Shown here: in pieces, positions 57,574 through 64,000 of the stretch | How the letters are laid out: each line of letters starts with the position of its first letter | Position numbering within the stretch: position 1 is the stretch's first letter | From: a bacterium | Lineage (GTDB): Bacteria; Zhuqueibacterota; Zhuqueibacteria; Residuimicrobiales; Krinioviventaceae | Direction of reading: 5' to 3' | DNA length: 64,000 bases | Assembly (NCBI GenBank): GCA_963675755.2 | Contig: CAXXMD010000003.1 | Location: 3,392,001 to 3,456,000, forward strand | Made by a program: the position numbers and the translations under genes | Notes under the pieces: model-generated | Databases searched by the model: none | The model's input: only the letters and a program-made list of their open reading frames with translations | What the model was told of the DNA's origin: nothing

Positions 57574-60500
57574 TTATTGTATCAATTGAAGCATCAGGTT
57601 AGCATCAATATTCAGCGGGTCTGTTTCCAGAGCTTTTTTGAATAATGAAATTGCCTGGTCTTTATCGCCCAGTCCCAAATGTCCCAGACCTTGCATATAG
57701 TATGACGAAACGTGCAGTTTTTTCCTCTGCAATTCTTTGTTGAGCTGGAAAATTCTGCCTGAATGTTCCTCATCTACAGTCACGGTAATGTGTCTGCTGT
57801 CTTTACCTTTATTAATGCGTTGCAGGCCATCCTCAATCAGTTTTTCAAAACGTTTTTCTGCTCCTGATTTATCACCCAGTTCAATTTGTGCCAGTGCTTT
57901 GTAATACTCTATTTCCGGGAAATCGCCGGCGCCCCAGCCCTTGTTGAATGTATAGTTGACCATCTTTTCATACCAGGATTTTGCGGCTTTTTTATCATTC
58001 GCCAATGCTGCATTTTGTCCCAGATAATAATAAGCTATACCAATTTTGCTGTTTCGTTCGGCTTCAAGATTTTTTGGGAATTCCATTGCCTGCATGAAAA
58101 AGGATTCTGCTTTTTTATAGTCTTTATTGTTCATGTATTGAATACCGGTTTGCAGGTTGGCATCGAACCATAGCACATGCGGATTAAATGTAGCGCCTTC
58201 TTTGATATGATAGTTTAGTTTGTTCAACAAACCAAGTGCTTTATCATAATTACCATAGTAATTGGCCAGTTTAATTTCCATTATTTGAATGTCTACAATG
58301 TCTTTACCCAGTGTTCCGTACTCCTCAAGAAATTGAGCAAGCTGTTCCGGTGACATGCTGGAATAAGACATGTAGAGATCTGCTTCGTTAAAATAGCGGG
58401 GCTCTGTGGGGTCTAGTGAAATCGCTTTAATTATGTTTGCTAACGCATTGGGCATATCCTGCAGATGATTTGCCTGAATGTATGCAATATTCCGGTAAAT
58501 TATGGATTCGCTGCTTTTGATTTCGGCTGCCATTTTCCAATATTTTATGGCATTTTCATGCTGATAGTCAGCCAATGCATTACCAAGCAGATAACATGCA
58601 GACGCATCCTGAGCATTTTGAGATACGGCATATTTCAATACCTTGATAGATTCACTGCCATAGGGAAAACAAAGATCCAGCGAAAGATTGCCGGCCTTGT
58701 TCAAGGCGTCTTTGGCCTTGTTGGGTTTTCCTGCTAAATCATAATACATAGCCAGATGATAATAGATCATGGGGTATGCATTCAACTCAACCAAAGGTGA
58801 GGATGCTGCAAGTTCAAGCACATTAGAAGCATCGGTATAGAGTCCCATTTCACTATAGCGTGTAGCAGTTTCAATATAGTTATAGGGTTCTGTGCGGAAA
58901 TGTTTAGTAATATCCATATAGTGCGATAGATTTGGATCGATATTGAGATGGGTCTCCAGCATCCGCAATTCGTTCATGGCAATCAGGCAAAGCGGATCAA
59001 CCGTAAGGGCATTTTGAATCGTTTCAAGGGCTTTGGGGTAATTACCCAGTTTTCGCAATATAATGGCTTTACTGACAAGTGCTTCAACATTCTGGGTGTT
59101 GGCTTTGCATGCCCGGTCCGCAGCATCGTAGGCTTTGTGCCAGTCATTTTGAAGCGCTTCGAGGTGCGATACAAGCGTATATCCCGCAGAAGTCCATTCA
59201 TAATCCCAGGTGGATCTGTACAGCATGTCTAATGCTTTATCAATCTGATCCTGCTGCATATAACAGATACCCAAATAGAAAAGTGAGGTGGCATCCTGGG
59301 CTTTTTTATGGTTACCGGTTACGATATTCACTGCTTTTTCAAGATGTTTTTGAGCTCTTCTATAATCTCCTCTTTTGAGATAGACGGTTCCGATTTGGGT
59401 GTTGGCCAGTACATTGTTCGGATCTCTTGCCAGTGCAGCTTTATAGTATGCCATATAATCATAATTGGTATTGCCAAACTGCTCCAGTTTTAATCCCGCA
59501 AAAAAGAGGTCCTGGCTGTTTGTATAAGAATCGGGAGTTGAGGGATCCTCATATGTTTCCGGAAAAGGTTCGTTCAGGGGCGGTTGTTTTTGCCATGACA
59601 GCATTTGAGCGCCTTGTGAAGAAGAGAGCGTTATCTGGAGGTCCTCATACGCTGTATCTTTATTAACCTTGATTTCGCTCTGAAAAGGTTTAACAGGTGA
59701 TATATCTAATTTTTTTGAAAATAACACCTGATCTTTGGCTTTGAGAATAATTTGGGTATTGTTTTGTACCGATGTTGCATTGATCTCTATTAACGCTTTT
59801 TGGTTCTCTAGTTCCAGGTTTACGGCAAAGTCTTTGTTGACCTCTTTCATGTTGCTGAGGTTTTTAATGCCATACATATACATGGTGCCATATTTGGTTT
59901 CGAAAGGAGCAACAAAGTTGTAATCGGGTTGATTGTCTGAATAGAATCCCATCATCAATTCTGCATAAGGGCCGTCGGCATCTGTTAGCTTTTCATCCCA
60001 GACTTTTTGGACTTCATTTTTGCCCCAGTTCCAGAGTTTTTTACCCTTGAATATACGATGGTCTCCCACAAAGGCTACACCAGCTTTTTTGCCGTGATCA
60101 ATACCACCCATAAAATCCTGATGAGACTTGGTAACAAAAAAGGATGTAGGCTGCTTGACAGCATTCCACCATGACAAATCTTCTCCGTGGGTATAATCGT
60201 ATGATTGATAGACCTGGTTCAGTATGGGCCACCGGGTAAATTCTGTTACATAGTGAAAATTCATCATCTCAACATCGGGTGGAAAGATGAATTGATAATC
60301 GTCATTTACATGTACTGCATTGTTTGCAAAAAACAAGGCAGGGTATTGAAATGGAGTAACATTCAGGGTTTTGAACTCCATTTTTACATAGGACTTGCCG
60401 GGTTCCAGCGTCATGCCGACCAGCCACCGGGTTTGGCTTCTTTTTTCATATTCTCCAACCCAAACTGTTTTACTGCCATCCGTATGTTCTGTTATGGTAT

Positions 60501-60945
60501 AATCCACCGGCAATAGACTGGTGGCCCTGTGGTGATGCGGTGTGTTCCACTCGGTTCCTCCGGATGTCCAGGCGCCAAGTGTTCCTATTAACGCGGGTTT
60601 AACAACGTGATTATTGTAAATCATGTCATAGTTGTTGGTTTTGTCAAGAGCGTAATACAGTCTGCCGCCCATTTCCGGGGTTACACATATTTTTATGTAT
60701 TCATTTTCCAAAACAACTGCTTTATAATCTATATCCGATTTGATCTCGGTCTGTACATTATAGAACGGATAGGGATAAATATGTCTTTCTGCAAGCTGAA
60801 CCTCTTCATTGCGAAAAAATAGCGGGATTTTATCCGGATCGGGGACTTTGTAGGTAGGTAATGTGAATGTTTCTTCCGAAACTGTTACCTGTGAAAAGCA
60901 GATTGAGCTAAATACTAGCAGCAAAGCATAAAGATGCAATTTCAT
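57574..60945 (-). CDS. DUF5107-domain and TPR-repeat protein
   Basis: LPTY, YPYP, LENEYI...V.PE.GGR....DK.N, Y.N.VVKPALIG..GAW.SGG.EWN.P.HH, GKKLWNWG, GPYAELM.G..SDNQPD; TPR C-terminal half. Confidence 0.85.
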   Translation of the reverse strand: MKLHLYALLLVFSSICFSQVTVSEETFTLPTYKVPDPDKIPLFFRNEEVQLAERHIYPYPFYNVQTEIKSDIDYKAVVLENEYIKICVTPEMGGRLYYALDKTNNYDMIYNNHVVKPALIGTLGAWTSGGTEWNTPHHHRATSLLPVDYTITEHTDGSKTVWVGEYEKRSQTRWLVGMTLEPGKSYVKMEFKTLNVTPFQYPALFFANNAVHVNDDYQFIFPPDVEMMNFHYVTEFTRWPILNQVYQSYDYTHGEDLSWWNAVKQPTSFFVTKSHQDFMGGIDHGKKAGVAFVGDHRIFKGKKLWNWGKNEVQKVWDEKLTDADGPYAELMMGFYSDNQPDYNFVAPFETKYGTMYMYGIKNLSNMKEVNKDFAVNLELENQKALIEINATSVQNNTQIILKAKDQVLFSKKLDISPVKPFQSEIKVNKDTAYEDLQITLSSSQGAQMLSWQKQPPLNEPFPETYEDPSTPDSYTNSQDLFFAGLKLEQFGNTNYDYMAYYKAALARDPNNVLANTQIGTVYLKRGDYRRAQKHLEKAVNIVTGNHKKAQDATSLFYLGICYMQQDQIDKALDMLYRSTWDYEWTSAGYTLVSHLEALQNDWHKAYDAADRACKANTQNVEALVSKAIILRKLGNYPKALETIQNALTVDPLCLIAMNELRMLETHLNIDPNLSHYMDITKHFRTEPYNYIETATRYSEMGLYTDASNVLELAASSPLVELNAYPMIYYHLAMYYDLAGKPNKAKDALNKAGNLSLDLCFPYGSESIKVLKYAVSQNAQDASACYLLGNALADYQHENAIKYWKMAAEIKSSESIIYRNIAYIQANHLQDMPNALANIIKAISLDPTEPRYFNEADLYMSYSSMSPEQLAQFLEEYGTLGKDIVDIQIMEIKLANYYGNYDKALGLLNKLNYHIKEGATFNPHVLWFDANLQTGIQYMNNKDYKKAESFFMQAMEFPKNLEAERNSKIGIAYYYLGQNAALANDKKAAKSWYEKMVNYTFNKGWGAGDFPEIEYYKALAQIELGDKSGAEKRFEKLIEDGLQRINKGKDSRHITVTVDEEHSGRIFQLNKELQRKKLHVSSYYMQGLGHLGLGDKDQAISLFKKALETDPLNIDANLMLQLIQ

Positions 60946-61021
60946 ACATACCTCTGGCAGGTTGAATTTTTCTTTAATATTTATGATAAAAATAAAAATA
61001 TTTTTATTAAATCAAAGTGAT

Positions 61022-61962
61022 TTAAGATTGGTGGGTGTTGCTCCAGTCTAATCCGCCTTTGTGGTTGATATTGTGTGCAATGTCAGAAGCAATTTTGAAA
61101 TATTCTTGCATTTCTTTTGAATTGTGGGTTGTTTTGTAAAAATCATAAAGCGCTTGCGCACTGTTCATCATAGCAAATGGAGCATTTATATCAACTGCAA
61201 TATCATAGGCGGTAAGCAAATATTCCAATGCAGTTTCTGTATTACCCCTAGCTGATTCCAGCTGCCCCATGGTAATGTATGAAAATGGCAAGAACGGTTT
61301 TAATCCGATTTGCTGTCGAATTTCCAAAGAGCGTTTATGGAGAGGGTAGGCAGAGTCTGCATCTCCATTGCGTTGATGCGCTTTGCCCAAGTGCCGGATT
61401 GCAAAAGAAAGCTCATAATGATATTGAAAATCTTCTGCAATACTGCCTGCTCTGGTGAAATGTTCTACAGCCCTTTCAAACTGTTTTTCCTGTTCATCTG
61501 TCTGTCCCAGATGAATCAAGACCTTACATATCCCTATACTGTGCTTATATTGTTCATATATTTGTAGTGCGGTTTCGAAATGCTTTCGGATTTCGTCCAG
61601 GCTGCCGGCATGCTGGTGCTCAATTCGGTGCAGCATGGCATTACCAATCTCGTCATTGGAATCTGCAATTTCCAGGTCTGCATCAATCTGTTTTGCCAGT
61701 TCCAATGCTTTATTAAAAGAAAATAGAGCCTCATCATAACTGCTATTGTGCATAAAGGCAATCATTTCCTGAATACGTCCCAGCTGTACCCACAACGATA
61801 CCCGGTTCTGGCCCATTTGGCATATTCCGGAATGCTGCTGAGGGCGGTTTCTACCAGGATTTCTGCTTCTTTTAGCTGACCTGTATTATACTGGCGGCAG
61901 GATAGTTCATAGACGGACTGGTAATAGGTATAGAAATTATCGTTCTCATTAAAGCTGGTCAT
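61022..61962 (-). pseudogene. TPR-repeat protein split by a frameshift near 61805-61820 (pseudogene or sequence error)
   Basis: ATG 61962 with RBS AAAGGA opens MTSFN...AEILVETAL; the TPR sequence continues in another frame (61816-61022). Confidence 0.6.
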
Positions 61963-62141
61963 TATTAATCCTTTCAAGTGTATGGGATACCTATTACAAC
62001 CAATATAAAATAACAATTCATCCATAAATCAATTCAGCTATACATTAAAATCCTTGACTTTGTAAATCGTGTTGCTGAAATTACAGGGTATTCAAACCTG
62101 AATACATTCAAGATTTTGCAGTACAAATTCCGGAGTTTGAA

Positions 62142-63659
62142 ATGAAGAAAACTTTAATGTTTTTGCTGGTTCTTTTTTTTCATGTAAACAGCTTTACGCA
62201 AACAAAAAATGAACTCCCCTATACAGCAGATTTGGGCAATGGAATGTATCAAAATCCCATATTGGCGGGCGATTATGCTGATCCTTCAATTTTAAGAGAT
62301 GGTGATGACTTTTACTTGACCCATTCATCGTTCTATTACTGTCCCGGATTGATGGTGTGGCATTCAAAAGATTTGGTGAACTGGCAGCCCATTGGGCATG
62401 CGTTGCGCCAATATCTGGGATCGGTATGGGCACCGGAATTGATCAAGCACAAGGATAAATACTATATCTATTTCCCCATTCAAGGTACCAATTATGTGGT
62501 TACTGCAGATTCCCCGGCTGGTCCCTGGAGTGATCCGGTTGAGATTAAGGTCGAAAAAATCGATCCCGGGCATGTTGTAGGCCCGGATGGCACCCGCTAT
62601 CTCTATTTTTCAGGCGGTTATTATGTAGAGCTGTCTGATGACGGTTTGTCTGCTGTCAGCGAGATGAAGCAGGTTTATGAGGGATGGCCTATTCCTCAGG
62701 AGTGGCTGATACAGTGCATGTGCCTGGAATCTCCCAAGATTATTTATCATGATGGATATTATCATCTTATTGTTGCCCAGGGAGGGACCGCGGGGCCGCC
62801 AACCGCACATATGGTGGTAACTGCCCGTTCCAAATCTCCCACAGGCCCGTGGGAAAACTCGCCTTATAATCCTATTGTGCACACCTGGAGCAGTAGTGAA
62901 AAATGGTGGGCAAAAGGACATGGTTCTATGGTGCAGGACCTGGATGACAAGTGGTGGATTGTTTACCATGGTTATGAAAATGGATATTATACGCTGGGGC
63001 GACAAATACTGATGGAACCCATTGAATGGACTGCGGATGGATGGCCGCGGGTACCTGCAACGATCCGGACTGATTTGCCTATTCAAAAGCCCGCGGGTTT
63101 GGAATCTCATCCGACTTTAACATTGTCCGATGATTTTTCCAATCAATCCCTGGGGTATCAATGGACTTTTTTTAAAGCCTGGGAACCGGACCGGTTTCGT
63201 ATCAAAAATGGCTCACTGTTTCTGGATGCGCGCGGAAACAGTCCCAAAGACAGTTCTCCCATGCTGTGTATGCCGGCGCATCATTCTTATGAAGCGCAGG
63301 TAGAGTTTGAGATTACCGGTGAGGCATCTGCAGGTTTGTTATTATTCTATAGTGAAAAAGCATACGCGGGAATTGCTACTGATGGACAAAAGATCAGTCA
63401 ATATCGTCGTGCTGTTAAGGGTAACGCCGGACAATGGCCCTATGGAAAGCATGGATTCCTCAAGCTGGTGAATAACACGCATACGGTTGCATTTTATTAC
63501 AGTCAGGACGGTAAAGTATGGAAAAAGCTGGACCGTTCTATTCAAACTGACAGCTATCATCATAATGCTTTTGGTGACTTTTTGGCGTTACGGATTGGGC
63601 TGGTATCCATGGGGAGTGGAACAGTACGTTTTGATAATTTTAAATATTACGGTTATTAA
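62142..63659 (+). CDS. Glycoside hydrolase family 43 (beta-xylosidase/arabinofuranosidase) with C-terminal beta-sandwich
   Basis: Signal peptide; NPILAGDYADPSI, SKDLVNW, WAPEL, IDPG, ESPKI, GPWE..PYNP, GHGS, TLGRQ. Confidence 0.93.
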   Translation: MKKTLMFLLVLFFHVNSFTQTKNELPYTADLGNGMYQNPILAGDYADPSILRDGDDFYLTHSSFYYCPGLMVWHSKDLVNWQPIGHALRQYLGSVWAPELIKHKDKYYIYFPIQGTNYVVTADSPAGPWSDPVEIKVEKIDPGHVVGPDGTRYLYFSGGYYVELSDDGLSAVSEMKQVYEGWPIPQEWLIQCMCLESPKIIYHDGYYHLIVAQGGTAGPPTAHMVVTARSKSPTGPWENSPYNPIVHTWSSSEKWWAKGHGSMVQDLDDKWWIVYHGYENGYYTLGRQILMEPIEWTADGWPRVPATIRTDLPIQKPAGLESHPTLTLSDDFSNQSLGYQWTFFKAWEPDRFRIKNGSLFLDARGNSPKDSSPMLCMPAHHSYEAQVEFEITGEASAGLLLFYSEKAYAGIATDGQKISQYRRAVKGNAGQWPYGKHGFLKLVNNTHTVAFYYSQDGKVWKKLDRSIQTDSYHHNAFGDFLALRIGLVSMGSGTVRFDNFKYYGY

Positions 63660-63689
63660 TCTTTTTTCAATACTAGAGGATTGTTGGTA

Positions 63690-64000
63690 ATGAAACATGT
63701 CATCATAGGCATTCACGGATTGGGAAACAAACCACCAAAGCCGGTTTTGAAAAAATGGTGGAAATTGTCCATGCGAGAGGGCTTGATCAAAGCGGGAAGA
63801 GAACGGCTGTTCATTCCCTTTGAACTGGTTTATTGGGCGGATTTGCTGCATGAAAAACCGCTTGAAATAAAAATGACAACCCACCAAAATCCATTGTTAG
63901 ACAGGGAGCCATACCTGCCGGGAACCATGCTGGCAGCGGAACCGCAGGCCAAACCCTCCTGGCTGCTGGGATTTATAGAGAACCAACTGGACAAGATTTT
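63690..64000 (+). CDS. 5' part of a putative alpha/beta-hydrolase-like protein (runs off window)
   Basis: RBS GAGGA; MKHVIIGIHGLGNKPPK...FELVYWADLL..., open to the window end. Confidence 0.55.
   Translation, partial: MKHVIIGIHGLGNKPPKPVLKKWWKLSMREGLIKAGRERLFIPFELVYWADLLHEKPLEIKMTTHQNPLLDREPYLPGTMLAAEPQAKPSWLLGFIENQLDKI

Noticed and set aside
1-64000. tRNA, rRNA or riboswitch
   Set aside because: No cloverleaf, rRNA or recognisable riboswitch consensus found by eye; an Infernal/Rfam scan would be needed to exclude them

Overview
Bacterial chromosomal window, AT-rich. The lineage is probably FCB-superphylum (KSB1/Calditrichota/Marinimicrobia-like); this is inferred from the C-terminal sorting domains, not tested. 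Positions 1-44.4 kb form an accessory island of secreted proteins. Eleven intact genes and two relics there end in a T9SS type-A-like/FlgD-Ig sorting domain (YPNPFNP...K), and a twelfth intact one lies at 53-55 kb. Ten intact genes share a constant LPVxLxxF Ig module plus CTD behind very different N-terminal heads. The island also holds two paralogous 7TM hybrid sensor kinase/AraC regulators, a TPR-AraC regulator, three tandem phage-tail-collar genes, an S9 peptidase, a FISUMP/FG-GAP pair and an intact IS481-family element. It abuts the 3' end of groEL. The groEL terminator recurs behind four cargo genes, once as a ~112-bp block that includes a sigma28-like promoter. Cargo 3' ends are nucleotide-level mosaics of each other, and a 43-bp AraC-type operator precedes three operons. 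Core genes follow: groESL with CIRCE, khpA, rlmH, an aminotransferase, an ACT protein and paaK. Next is a 5-kb zone where six copies of a REP-doublet-like hairpin element bracket single genes, with a 296-bp tandem triplication. The window ends with lipoproteins, a DUF5107/TPR protein, a frameshifted TPR gene and a GH43. No rRNA, tRNA or CRISPR was seen. All domain calls are by motif recognition, without database searches.
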